This document shows positions 26,639 through 41,627 of a stretch of 64,000 bases of DNA, one piece after another. Under the pieces are notes generated by a model. That model ran no database searches. It was given only the letters and a program-made list of their open reading frames with translations, and was not told where the DNA came from. The DNA comes from Eledone cirrhosa. Taxonomy: Eukaryota. The stretch spans positions 13,268,001-13,332,000 of the forward strand of contig OZ024760.1 of NCBI GenBank assembly GCA_964016885.1. The letters are read 5' to 3'. Position numbers and translations under genes: made by a program. Numbering within the stretch: the stretch's first letter is position 1; each line of letters starts with the position of its first letter.

Positions 26639-28451
26639 CCTTGTGTTTGTTGGTCAAACCTAAAGGAAGAGAGATAATTTATAAGAAAAACATTTCAAAT
26701 GCCGCAAGAAAATGAATTAAACAACCTTTCGCATGCATTGGTTGCATTTCACTTCAGTTTCACTAATTAATTAGATAATTAGTTCATAAGTTGATTGAAT
26801 GACCCCTCAAAGTTTATTCATCACACCTCTATGACCTTATCAACAACACTATGCCCTCTGCACTTCCTTTTTATTCATCAAACCCCATGACCTTATCAAT
26901 AGCTGTGTGTTCCTCTGCACACCCTCTTTGTTCTTTCACCACCCTCTTTGTTCTTTCACCACACCCTGTGACAATATCAATAGCTGTGTGTCCCTCTGCA
27001 CACCCTCATTGTTCTTCTATTGGAAATACCAGGAGACTGCGAAGTGAACCACTTAACTACTTAGCTAACCCAGCCAAACTATATCCACAAATAATATTAA
27101 TGTTTTTACCATAACTCCTCATTAAATATGCAGATCACTGAGAAAATTATAATACTCTAATTAAGACATTCCAGCTTTAATTACACTTCACAATCTTAAT
27201 ATTCACAGACGCAAACACATATGTAAACACACACACAGACACACACACAATGGCACAGACACACACACACTAGTTTTTATAAGGTGAAATGTAAGAAACA
27301 TTAATTTGAAAAGAAAGTCAATCAATTCTGGAAGAAATCTGGGGATTAATTAATTTTAATTAGCAATCAAGACGGCGCTGTAATTAATCTGTTATTATTA
27401 TTATTATTAGCATATTTAGCATATTCTGGTTGGTTAGTACAGGTTACAGAATGGTAAAATAATGGAGACAACACCAACGACAATAACAACACCACCAACA
27501 ACAATAATATCAACACCACCACCACCACTACCACCACCGCCACCGCCACCAACAACACCACCGCCACCACCACCAACAACACTATCAACACCACCACCAA
27601 CACCACCAACAATAACAACACCACCACCAGCACCACCAACACCATCACCTGGAGTGAGTCTCTGATCTCCGAGCTACAGATATCTCCAGCAATTCTTTCC
27701 CGAGACATTCTAACCATTAAATAGTTTCATCAAAATTTTATTTTAGAAATCTTTCTTAATGTCCTAAATATCAGATTAACTGATTTAAAAAAACAAAAAC
27801 TGATCGTATATTTTATCAAATTCCTTAAAATGTTTAGTTACTTTCAAAATTAACTGAAACACACAGAGGGGGGGGGGGGGCTTTCATTAGATATTACAGT
27901 AATAAAAGAGTTTTAAAATATATCTTGAAGTATGAGAATGATGATGTCATCATAGTTTGTTTAAGAATCTGTTTCTTCTGTTTTGGAGGAAAGGTTGAGC
28001 GGCAGGGGAGGGGGGATGCAGTGAATCAGGTAAGGTGTGATTTAAATAATAATAATAATGATGATGATGATGATAAAATGAAGGAAATGGAGTCAAATTT
28101 GGTATTGAAGATGGTGTCTTCTTTTAGTTTGGAGTACAGTTATGCAGAATTAATAAGCAGGGTGGGTGGTGGTGGTGGTGGATGTGGAGGAAGGTGTCTG
28201 TAGAAAGTGTGGGAGGAGGGAAATGAATTAAACAACAACTTTTTATTGAAGTTGGCAAATGATCAGAAAAACACAGGTGCATTTAGTTTAAAAGGGAAGT
28301 GAGGGTGTGATGGTCAAGGGTTGTATAGAAAGTTGCTTGGCATTTTAGGGGTGAAAAGTTTACAGCTTGGAAACAAAATATAAACATATATATATAATAT
28401 ATACATCTGTGTGTGGGGGGTATATATATATATAAACACACACACAAACAC

Positions 28452-28503
<52 letters not shown>

Positions 28504-28611
28504 GTACACATATTTATATAAACACATACATCCTCATCATCATCGTTTAACATCAGCTTTCCCTGCTAGCAAGGGTCTATTATATATTTATATATATATA
28601 TACACACACAC

Positions 28612-28985
28612 TCAGTTCTCTATCAACAAACACACACTCTCTCTCTCTTCCTCACACAGTTCTCTATCAACAAACACACACACTCTCTCTCCCTCACACA
28701 CAGTTCTCTATCAACAAACACACACTCTCTCTCTCTCACACACACACAGTTCTCTATCAACAAACACACACTCTCTCTCTCCCTCGCACACAGTTCTCTA
28801 TCAACAAACACACACTCTCTCTCTCTCACACACACACAGTTCTCTATCAACAAACACACACTCTCTCTCTCCCTCACACACAGTTCTCTATCAACAAACA
28901 CACACTCTCTCTCTCTCACACACACACAGTTCTCTATCAACAAACACACACTCTCTCTCTCCCTCACACACAGTTCTCTATCAAC
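28612..28985. repeat. ~44-bp minisatellite
   Basis: CAGTTCTCTATCAACAAACACACACTCTCTC... tandem units. Confidence 0.92.
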
Positions 28986-29837
28986 CAGATGCAATCTATG
29001 TTCATTAGATGCTAAGTAAATCAAGAGAGGCAAACATAAACATCAGTTAAAATAATTATAAAAACTAAACATTTATTATTTATATTAGTATTATTATTAT
29101 TACTGAGTTCAAATTTCGCCAAGGTTAGCTTTGCCTTACAGGGGTCGATCAAATAAAGTACCAGTAATACATTGGGATCTATCTAATTGACTTTCCCCGT
29201 CTCTTCTTCTTCACCCACTTATTCCTGAGAGGGTCGTGGGGCCAGAGTCCTCAAACACTCCTTCCAGCAGGTCCTATCAGAAGCAATTGTCTTCAACTGA
29301 TCCGGCTAGGTTCCCAAGTGGGACCAGCCAAGTTCATGGATAATATCACTTGACTTTCCCCTCCCCCAAAAAAAGTTGACCTTGTCTTTAAATAAGAAAC
29401 CATTATTTCGATACAATTGCAAGGGAAGTTGCCAAAAAATACTTATGATGCCCTCGGTATGGTATGGGGACAGTAGGTAAGCGAGATGCAGGGTCCCCCA
29501 GTCCCTCTGAGAGGTCAATAGCCCTGCTTGAGTACCGACTTGATCTGTGAAGACCCATCCAACACTTGCAAGCATGGAGAACAGACGTTAAATGATGATG
29601 ATGAAAAATATTTAACATTTACACAGGTCAAAGACTGAAGCCAAAATATAATGACAGAAGGGTGTAACTCATATATTTGTATACATGTCAGACCCACCTC
29701 TGTGTTGACATTTTGGTCTTTGGCTTTTTACCTGTCCCTAAGTCATATTCCACATTTCACAAATTAATTGTCCTTTGTTTAACTAAAACTGCCTGAAACC
29801 TCTCCCAGTTCTAAGATGACACAAAACTGTTTGGTTT

Positions 29838-30935
29838 AATCATCATCATCATCATCATCAACGTTTAACGTCCGTGTTCCACGCTTGCATGGGTTTGGAC
29901 GGGGGTAGTCCCACTTGAGGCAAGAGTGATTGTCTTGCTCGCATAGGACTGTCTGGCAGGTTTTCTACAGTTGGATGCCCTTCCTAACACCAACCACATT
30001 TACAGTGTGGGTCTGGGAGGTTTTTACCGTGTTGCCTACACGGCCACATTACAGCGTGGACTGTGTGTTTTTTTGTCGTGACACCTACACGATCTCATTT
30101 GTTTCGGCCTGGATGGTGTGGCACCAACATAACTTTACATAGAACGGGGTGGTGTGGATGGGGTGGGGTATTTTGTTAGAGATGCCTACTGGCTGTAGTA
30201 GGTTTTACTATGTATTTAGGTAAGGCGGGTCTTCTCTGTTACTGAGTACCGCCAAAGGTCTCGGTCCAGTGACATTGTCTATGGAGAGGTGTAAGTGTGT
30301 GAGGTCGGAGTTTATCAGCTCGTCCCAGGTTTTTCTAGGTCTGCCTATTCCGTGGCTACCGTCTATCTTTATTGCCCTGCACTTTGTTATACAGCTATCG
30401 GCTTTCATGCGCATCATGTGTCCATACCAACGTAGCCTTCTCTCGAGTAAACATCTGATCCCTCTTATTTCTAATTTTTTCCTTAGTTCGTTTATGCTTT
30501 GCCGTTCACGTATATTACTGTTACACATCCAGCGGAGCATGCAAGCTTCGTTCCTCTCTAGTCTGCGTATATCCTCTGCACACAATGCCCAGGTCTCACT
30601 GCCATGCAACATTGCTGTTCGTATGCAGGCATCGTACAACCTGCCTTTCATTTTTAGGGAGAACCCTTTAGCAGCTAATAGTGGTATAAGCTCTCTGAAC
30701 TTTTTCCAACCAGTTCTGACTCTAGCTACAGTACTTTCAGAGCACCCTCCCCCACTGCTGATTTTATCACCCAGGTAACGGAAACTGTCCACTATTTCTA
30801 TAGAACCCTCTGCGTAATTGAAAGAGCTAGTATTTTGTGGGCACTTGCTGCAACTTATTGCACCGGAGCACCGGCCACATGTAAAATCTATGTTCTTAGT
30901 TAGCTTACCTGTGATCCCACTACATCTTTTATTAA
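29838..30935 (-). mobile_element. 5'-truncated RTE-clade LINE (RT C-terminus plus putative 3' UTR)
   Basis: ORF 30208-30990: KRCSGI...FTCGRC, FRYLGD, MLHGSETW, RRLRWYGHMMR, GRPRKTW; ends in a (GAT)n tail. Confidence 0.9.
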
Positions 30936-31000
30936 TGTTTATATTTATCTGAAACTCTTCCATCACAATTTTATCTAAGAAATGGCACATTTATTTGGCA

Positions 31001-31051
<51 letters not shown>

Positions 31052-32285
31052 GTATATACTGTACTAAAAAAAACTGTGGTTTTATAAGGAAGAGAAGAAA
31101 AAGGTGGGCAAGTAGAAAACCCTGCATCCTCAATCACACCCCCACAAAAAGAGGCGCTAGAGGATCCTCTCATATTTTTGAGGCACCCAAATACACCCAC
31201 ATCATGGCAAGTCACAGAATTATTTAAAGATCAGAAGTCTAATATATATTATGACTTTTATATTGTTCCATACTTACAAGTGGTGAACATCAATTTTTAA
31301 AGACTGGTGTTCGCCAATTTCTGTCATCCAGCATAACTACACATCGCGGCATTTTTAAGTACTTTTAGTACACGCGTAATCAATCTTTCTTATAACCATC
31401 CATCTATCTGTCTACCCATCCCTCCTTCATCCTCTCTGCCTCTCTCTGTCTGTCTATAGTGTTACAAACGTTAGTAAAATGTCACTTATGTGTTCAGCAG
31501 CCCCTTACCAAAACAAATGTAGTTTTCAACATCATATCTGTCTGTGATAATATAGTAACTTATATGCCTCCCAAACATGACAAAAGCCAAACACAAATTA
31601 ACAATTTTATAGAAAACAATTATGTCAGCAAAGAAAATATCACAGTTTTCTCTTGAGTTGATATTCAAGATGAATTCATGAAATATGGAGCTTTGTAAAC
31701 TGATTCACAGAACTCTACTGTGCTAGTTGACTTTTACATCAGGTTTTATTATACTACAGGACAAGTTTACAACATATCTTCTCACTCTTCAGCTCTCAAA
31801 CCAGCAAAATAGTTTCGCACAATTTAATTGAGAGTACCATTCTAAAATGGTGGATCGTGCAACAGAAAAATAAATCTTTCTGCTGGTATGATGTGTGTGT
31901 GATAAAACAAACAGCACAGATAGAAGGATGAAAGAAAACAGAAAATAAAATAATGGGATAGTGGACGTCAAGCTGAGGTGTCTGTCCTAAATAGAAAGCT
32001 AATCATAGCTATGATAAAGTTAAAACAATGTTGTCTCTAACTTAACAGCTCCGTTGCACCGAGTTTTCCTATTTTCCAACGAATTATATATAATATATTT
32101 TTTAAGGTTCCCAAAACTGTTCTGTTGAGGATTTTAATTGTTTTTGTTGTTGCTTTTCCATAGTATTGGATGCTGAGTAAGAACGATGAGATCCATCGTG
32201 ATGATGGTTGTTTACTCTGGGGAAGAAAGTGTTATATATCCTTGTCACAGCCAACACTGGAACCAAGAATGGCAATATCAAGAAG

Positions 32286-32318
<33 letters not shown>

Positions 32319-32430
32319 ATACTTTGGGAGGGTCATGCTGCTAATAAAAAAACACACACACCTGTTGTTTTCACTTCAATTTATTACAAGTTTCCGATTA
32401 GTTCAATAATAGGATCGTTGTTTGTTTATT

Positions 32431-32461
32431 ATCAAAGATCTTTCGTGACCTCCTCAGCGAC
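32431..32461 (-). ncRNA. Minimal hammerhead ribozyme motif (Penelope-type)
   Basis: Minus strand GTCG-CTGAGGA-GGTCAC-GAAA-GATC-T-T-TGAT; 1-bp helix II, palindromic GATC loop III. Confidence 0.55.
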
Positions 32462-33644
32462 TGATTTCTTATTTTGTTTCTCTCCTTCACCATCATGTTT
32501 ATATGTCACTCAAAACCCCCAGTTCCGTAACGTGCCACCCTAGCTTCCCAAAGCCATAGTGTGGCACTCTAGCACTGAAGTGAAGCTTCTCAGACCCATA
32601 AAGTGCCACCCTAGCTCTGAAGTGAAGCTTCCCAGAGCCATATTGTGCCACCCTAGCTCTGCAGTGCCATAGTGCGGCACTCTAGCACCAAGGTTCTCCC
32701 TATTGACATACTGCAACATCCTAGTTCCATATTTCCATACTGTGTTCAATTTCATAGTGTGCCACCCTAGCTCCACAGTGCCATCGAATGTCACCCTAGC
32801 CCCCATTGCCATATTTTACCATCCTATCTTCCCCGTGCCATACTGTCCCTTAACAGAATCTTAAGGCGATGGGGATGATGATGTTGATGATGATAATTAT
32901 TTACTCACTCTACTTTTATTTATATATATATATTGTGTGTGTGAAATATATACATATATATCAGGTCCGAACACAAAGGAACCAAGCTCTAAAATAATGG
33001 TGGAAGAGTTTTAAGCAATCATTTCGTTGCCATATTCCAATTGTCCAACAGTTTCGTTAACACATACTAAGAAGGGTGTGGCGTGTATGACGTCGATTTT
33101 CAGATTAGACTGTTTGTGTGTAGTCGCAGCATAAAAGAGCAGGCTTGGATATGAGGTTAACAAGTTCGCATCCACATAGATTGGCAGTTACACAGATATA
33201 GGGAATTTTTGTTGTCCAGACTGATAGATAGATATATACATAGATAGACAGACTGATAGACCGATAGATAGATAGATAGATAGAAAGACAGACTGATAAA
33301 CAGACAGATAGAAAGACAGACAGATAGATAGAATGAGATTTACATGTAATGTAACTGCTATTTCTAGCATAAAAGACGAATCATGGTTAGTGGCTGTTCG
33401 TTCGTCAGTTCGATAATATATGTTTACATTAATATTGTACCCAATAATGATCGATCTTATTAACTAATCATTCTCTACAAACAAAACACAGAATTATAAG
33501 CTGCGACTCTCATCTAATTAACAATGATTCATTAAGACAAAAGACTAAAGCTGGATTTAGGACAAATGAGGCCCTTGGATGGTTAAGTTATGAGGCCCTA
33601 AATATTTGAAAAAATCATTTTTTTTATATTCTTTCAGTAATAAG

Positions 33645-34040
33645 ACAGTAGGGTGTGATATGAAGATAAGATTTGGCTGTTATTTCTAGCAGATTATGTC
33701 TACCACGTAGTAAGATTATGGTGTGTGATATAAAGACGGGGTTTGGCTGTTATTTCTACCATGTAATAAGAGTGTCTTGTGTGATATAAAGAGAGGATTT
33801 GGCAGTGATTTCTAGCAGATTATGTCTACCACGTAGTAAGACTGTAGTGTATGATATAGAGGATTTGGCTGTTGTTTCTAGCAAATTATGTCTACCACGT
33901 AGTAAGACTGTAGTGTATGATATAAAGAGAGGATATGGCTGTTGTTTCTAGCTAATTATGGCTACCACGTAGTAAGACTGTAGTGTGTGATATAAAGAGA
34001 GGATTTGGCTGTTGTTTCTAGCAAATTATGTCTACCATGT
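33645..34040. repeat. ~65-70-bp degenerate minisatellite
   Basis: GGATTTGGCTGTTGTTTCTAGCAAATTATGTCTACCACGTAGTAAGACTGTAGTG repeated. Confidence 0.88.
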
Positions 34041-34138
34041 AGACAGTCTCGTTCCTTCATTGACTCAGAATTACAGAAGTTGGGGTTATTTATAGATAAC
34101 TACCGATTCGAACATTTTAATACAAACTTTGCACAAAC

Positions 34139-35235
<1,097 letters not shown>

Positions 35236-35339
35236 CATATGTGTGTGTGAGAGAGTCCCGGGTTCAATCGGTAGTAACCACAGTAAGTAAGGTACTCAAT
35301 ACATTAGTAGAGTGCAAACGTCAAGTTTAATATAGAAAT

Positions 35340-35391
35340 GGCTTTCCTGATGATTTCTTTTGAATGAAACAGTTCTAGTCCTGTAGAAGCC
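35340..35391 (+). ncRNA. Type I hammerhead ribozyme capping a long fold-back (35260-35472)
   Basis: GGCTTTC-CTGATGA-TTTCTTTTGAAT-GAA-ACAG-TTCTAGTC-CTGT-A-GAAGCC; GUA cleavage triplet ending at 35385. Confidence 0.7.
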
Positions 35392-35609
35392 ATTTCTATA
35401 TTAAACTTGATGTTTACACTCTACTAATGTATTGAGTACCTTACTTACTGTGGTTACCCCCGATTGGACCGGAGACATATATATATAATGTATGTATGTA
35501 TATATACTGTATATAATGTATACACACTTCAACAGCATTTTAATACATATTGCTTGTACAGTGTGTATACATTTTTAGGGGACGCCCTGTGTATATGTAT
35601 ATATATATA

Positions 35610-35651
<42 letters not shown>

Positions 35652-36322
35652 TCTTTTTTCTTCTATTTCTAATCTAAAAAAAAAAATCACAGTAAAATAA
35701 TTAATTAATATTTAAAACAAAACAAAATAAAAAAATAGGCAGAAATAATTTTTACCTTTTTTCTTCTTTTTCTCAAGTCGAAACTTGAGATTTTGAAAGA
35801 TCGATTATCAGATATTGACGATCAATAAATAATGAAAGATTTAATCCAATATTTAGAGAGAAAGTGAGACAAGTCTATCTGAGGATGTAAAATATTTGGT
35901 GAAACACAGTTTATATACGTGTTGGTATGTTTTAATGTATATATTGCTTCAGATACTGTATTTGTTCCCTGTGTATATATCTATCTATGTGTGTGTATGT
36001 ATATATAGATATTAGTCACTCTGTTTCTCTCTGTTATGAAAGACTCACTTGAAGAACAGAGAGAAAAAATCGAAATATTTACTCGACATTTTATAATGTG
36101 ATGTGAACGCCATCTCGCGGTGTATAAGAGAAAGATACTCAGTTGTCAAGACCGATAACTCTAACTTGCAAACTCTCACAATACATACATACATACATCC
36201 AATAACTCCAACAGTCAAACTCTCTCTCTCTCACATATATTACACATTGTAAATTACATACGTGCACGCACTACGTTTGTCTGTTTTTTTGTTTTCTGAT
36301 ATTCCGACATATATATCGTTAT

Positions 36323-36353
<31 letters not shown>

Positions 36354-36871
36354 ATATATGTGTGTATATATATATAGGAAAAAGTATGACCCCCCCCACT
36401 CTACTACCCTATGTATTGAGTACTCTGGTGCGTTATTTTACATACATATTATATATATATATATTTGCATATATACACACGAATATAACGACACACAGAA
36501 ATGCACACATACATACACACACAGAAATGCACACATATACATACATGTACGTACACATAAGATTTAATTAATTTAACAGATGTCGGAGAGTGACATGTAT
36601 TAAATATTTCATCGTATTCTGAAGAGGTTTGTAGCAGGTTGTAGTGTTGCTGGTGGGAAATAGGGGTCACCATGTAGTCCTTTATGGTGGGGGGTGGATA
36701 AATACCCAAGGGCATACAGAAGGGAACCGAAATTTTAAAGGTCGGTGCTAGCATACGTGATGTAATGAGCCGTTGAAATCACACCCGTAGTGAGATGAAG
36801 GGAAGGGGGGGGGGGATATTGACTGAATTTTTAATTAAGTTATTAAATTTGTCGAAATAATCAAAATAACT

Positions 36872-37120
36872 GTGAAGATTTCTGGTGTCCTTGGCCCTGG
36901 GGCCACCTCCCTACTCACCACCATCGGCACAGAGTTGGGTTCCTGCAGGTGTGAGCCTCACGAACTGGAAAGGTTCTTCCAACACGTCTCCCCCACCATC
37001 CTCTGGGGAAACGCCTTTTCTATTCTATCCACCAGGGCCCCCGTTTGCTTGCAATGGGGAGAGACAGAGGCAGTGTGAGTTCCTTTGTGTTCGGACCTGG
37101 TGTATATGTATGTTTCACAG
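36872..37120 (+). mobile_element. CRE/RLE-clade non-LTR retrotransposon 3' end
   Basis: VKISGVLGPGATSLLTTIG...EPHELERFFQHVSPTILWGNAFSILST; tail TTCCTTTGTGTTCGGACCTG also occurs inverted at ~32962 and ~48100. Confidence 0.65.
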
Positions 37121-37994
37121 CCTCTCTCTTCACACAGACACACACAACCACATCGTATGTGTTAATATACATCTTCAGTATAAATATATATGCAACTTTG
37201 TTAGTCAATGATATTGAATGCTGTCCATGTAGGAGGAAGATGTGTGGCCTAATGGTTAAGGTTGTAGGACTTACAATTGTAATGACAGGTTTGATTCTTG
37301 GACTGGGTGCTGTGCTGTGTTCTTGAGCAAGGATGCACTAGGTGATTTTTGTTATAGCGCCCAGCACTACAACTTTACAGGATGGACTAAGTACTTTTCA
37401 TTGTAGCACCAGTACTACCGCCTTAAAGTGTAGACTGGGTGCTTTCGGTTGTGGCACCAGCACTATCGCCTTTTGATGCCAACCAGCCTGAGATCCTTTC
37501 ATCTTTTTTTTTATACTGTTTAATTAGGGAGATCCATATGACCCTTTTCAGTGACTGGTAGAAAGATTCCTGCAAACCAGAGACCTGGTCCAAATGCTCC
37601 AAATAGAGTGGACTGCACTAAAAGCCTTCAAGAGTCAGGTGGTGGTGTCATACAGGGTGAATGAACCAAGTGCTTTTTATCATAACTTCAATTAAATTTC
37701 TGTATTCTAATTTTATTTAAAAAAACAAAAAGCCTTTGTTAAGTTATGTTCCAAAGACCAGCATCAAATACAGAATAAATGTAAAAATTGATTAAATTCT
37801 TGATTACGGTGTATACTGTAAATTGTGTATCTTATCTACGGCACTCATACACAACTATACACAGTATTTATATTTAGATAACAATGGCTCCATTCTATTA
37901 AATTTTATTCTCTTTAAAAAGAAGCCCATCCCTGAACAAGCTGAGCTTACAAAATTATAGAATTTTTCATGGATAGACAAAGTATAAAATCAGC

Positions 37995-38028
<34 letters not shown>

Positions 38029-38626
38029 GGGCGGGGGGGGGGGGGGATTATGTTTTTTTCTAGTGATTGTTATTCTTTAATGATAAAGTGTTTTATAACT
38101 ACACTCTGTAAAATACTTTATCACAATAAAGAATAACAACAACCAAAAAAAACATTTTTATCATTTATCTATTATATATTTTACTAAACCAAGAATTTTC
38201 TACTTTATATATATATATATATATATTACAAAAAAGAAGAGAGACAGTATCACTTTTACAGCTTCAAATTGACAGTCTGATACCATATAGGTAATACCTT
38301 ATGGTACCCACATTGCGGAGTGCTTACATCTGATTACACCACAATCGGTCAATTGCTTGATCAACCAACACTGATTACATGGAATTATATATATATATAT
38401 ATCATCATCGTCCTTATTTTAACACCCGCTTCCCCTGCTAGAAAGGGTTAGACAGGTCCATACAGACCAAGTCAGTACTGAAGCTGAGCCATCAATCTCC
38501 TACGAAGGCCAGGGATCTGTGTCACGCTTATATACGGTCTCAGGAGAGATTTTCATGCCTTTGACACAACTGAGGGTCCCCCCAACCCTTTGACAAGTTT
38601 TCTGTAGCTGGATGCCCTTTCTATCA

Positions 38627-38678
<52 letters not shown>

Positions 38679-38994
38679 GGTGTATATAGTTAGTGAGTTA
38701 ATTATTGTAATAAACACAGAAACCTTTCTTTCATTGATTTATTTCAGTCAATTCAAGAAATTAAAGTTGAAAAAGAAAAACAAAAAAAAGTAATCAACAA
38801 TACATACAATTTTGATTTATATATACATGTGTGTATATATACATGTGTATATATACATATGTATATATATATATATATAAATAAATATGTATATATGAGT
38901 GTCTATGTGTATGTGTGTTCATGCAGAAAAAATCTATTCACCCCATTCATTGGCTGCTAATTATTATTATTTTTAAAGCAGTATTTAAATAATG

Positions 38995-41230
38995 GTTACT
39001 AATTTAGGCACAAGGCCAGCAATTTGGTGGGAAAGAGAGAGGTCATTATATTGACTTCCCTCAGTATGTGACTGGTATTTATTGAACTACACCTTGGGAC
39101 AATGAATGGCAAAGTCAACATCGGTAGAATTTGAACTCAGAATGTAAACATCCATAGCAGAATATCATAAGAGATTGTGCCTGACACTCCACCGATTCTC
39201 TCATTAAAGCATTGTATCCGACACTGCACTGATTCTGCCAATCCACCACTCTCATGATGGTTTCTAATTTAGGCAGTACAAGGCCAGTAAATTATTGATT
39301 AAATCAACCCCAGTACATGACTGGTACTTTATTTTATCACCCCCCTTCCACCACCAGCAGAACAATGAAAAGGTAAAGTTAACCTCGGTGGGATTTGAAC
39401 TCAGAACAGAATGTAAAAAGCCAGAAGAAACACTGCAATATCATTTTATCTGACACTTTAACCATTTCTGCCAACCTAACAATGGTGAAAAGACTCTCTA
39501 ATTATTATGGACCACAGAATCAACACCCCAGGACAGGGCATGCTGCATTTCATGATTTATTTTATCAACTACCGAAATGGATGAAAAGCACAGGCGGCTG
39601 CAACTAGATTTGAACTTAGAATGTAGATGGGATGAGACTGAATCAGTGACAGAAGGTATTTAATCAGACACCCTGGCACACGGTCATATCTGCTCCTTCA
39701 CTGCCCTGGTATAACAAGGGACCCCGAGCTACCATTAGATCAACTAGGCAGCTGACAGGTTTTTGAAATCAGGTTTGGCAATTTTGCATGTGTGAGGATG
39801 CATGTATTTGTCACTGCCTAGAGTGTCAAATGGTCTGGCACCAGTCCTGGGTGTAACCATTAATTCTAAAAACCTACTAATTAGTCAATCACATATGTTT
39901 TTAAAGCAATCATGAATGTTTTGTCTTTGTTAAATGCCATGTAATTTATACAGGAAAGTCACCCTTGTAAACAGAAATCACGCAGTTTTTAGTTTTACTA
40001 ATAGAAGAAGCAAACATACATTTTTTTTTTTCTACTTTCCGAATTCATTTGATTGGTAGAAAAATTGAAATATTTATTCTAAAAAATAATAATTTTTTTC
40101 TAATTTAGGCACAAGGCCAGCAATTTGAGAGAAGGGGAAAATTAATTATATTAACCGTAGTATATGACTGGTACTTTATTTTATTGACCCTGAGAGGATG
40201 AAAGGCAAAGTTGACTACAGCAGGATTTGAACTCAGGACATAAAACCCTAACTAAATAGTTTCTCAGGTCAAATAATAATAATAATGGTTTCTTATATAG
40301 GCACAAGGCCAGCAATTTGAAGGGAAGGGGAAAGTCGATTAAATCAACCCCCACTGCATTACTGGTACTTTATTTTATCAACCCCTGTAAGGATGAAAGT
40401 CAAAGAAGCTAACCTCGGTGGAATTTGAACTCAGAACGTAAAGGGTCAGAACAAAACAATATTTTTGACCAATACTTTAACGATTCTGCCAATTCACTGC
40501 AGTAGTAGTAGTAGTAATACTGAAAATTTCTGACATAGACAGATGTCACCCCCACCCATTCATAGGGGGACCAGAGAGAGAGTGGGATGAAGAGGTTGAG
40601 GTGTGGGGAGATAATTTAGCAGATTGAATGAATCAAACTCTAAGTACTGGGGCCCTAATAAATTCTACTGACCTCCCCACCCAACCTGTATGCCTGCGTG
40701 TCATATGAGGTAACTAAAAGAGTCAGATCAGTGCCAAGCAGGGTACCCAGCTATAATACCTAGCCTTAAGAGATCCTATACCAGGGAGCCTGCGAGGCTA
40801 CCCTCTACTTCAGTGAGGAAATAACCAGCTAAGGCTTTTAATTATTATTATTAATTAATTAAGAAAGAAAGGAATCGTTATATGTAATCAATTGTATGTT
40901 TTGTCGATAAATGTTAAAACTTTCCTTGCATTTACTGTAAAACGTCTTTCTCTCACCCAGCCCTCTCATAGTCTTTTGTCCAAATAATCTGCCTATCATA
41001 CCCCCAGCATGTCCTTGTAACTCCCTGTTGAAATGTTTCTTGTACTGTATGACAGGTAATGTATGCAACTGCCCTCAGTGGCTAACGAAGGAAAATTTAA
41101 TATTATTATCATCATCATTATAATAATAATTGTTTCTACTTTTGGCACAAGGCCAGCAATTACCCAGTGTATTACTGGTACTTTATTTTATCGACCCTGT
41201 AAGGATGAAAGGCAAAGTTAACCTCGGCGA
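38995..41230 (-). mobile_element. Cluster of about five SINE family A copies downstream of MFF
   Basis: Copies at ~38995, 39255, 40095, 40285, 41130. Confidence 0.8.
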
Positions 41231-41627
41231 ATAATAATAATAAGTAGACAGAGAAAAATGATTTAATTAAAAAGATAGAAAGCTAGACAAAGAACCATTG
41301 TTTCTTACAAAGGGATATATATATATATATATATATACATATATATATAAAGAGAGAGAGGGAGAGAGGGGAGTGGGCACATCACAAGGTGTTCCAATAA
41401 ACCTTTTAACTTTGAACTGACTCAAATAACATGAGGGATAATAACAATGGTTAATGACAGGTAAAAACAGGTAAAAATAATTTTGGTTTTGAGCAACCAC
41501 CCCCCCACCTCACCCACCCAATATCATCTGACTGCTTCATTTAATAATAATATTGAGCTCAATATTTCAGAGTTAAAAAGAAAAAAAAAAGATATTTTCT
41601 CTCCTTTTTTTTTGTGTTTCTTTTGTT

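Noticed and set aside
27367-27717. Pro/Thr-rich and Val-rich ORFs (also 45299-45757)
   Set aside because: Degenerate (CCA/CAA)n trinucleotide repeats without supported splice context
35870-35935. CTGAGGA...GAAACAC...GTGTT motif
   Set aside because: Helix III is plausible but helices I and II do not pair; at best a decayed remnant
40685-40840. Possible RTE 5' UTR with an HDV-like ribozyme
   Set aside because: GCGTGTCATATGAGGTAACTAA resembles an RTE 5' motif, but I could not build the nested double pseudoknot by eye
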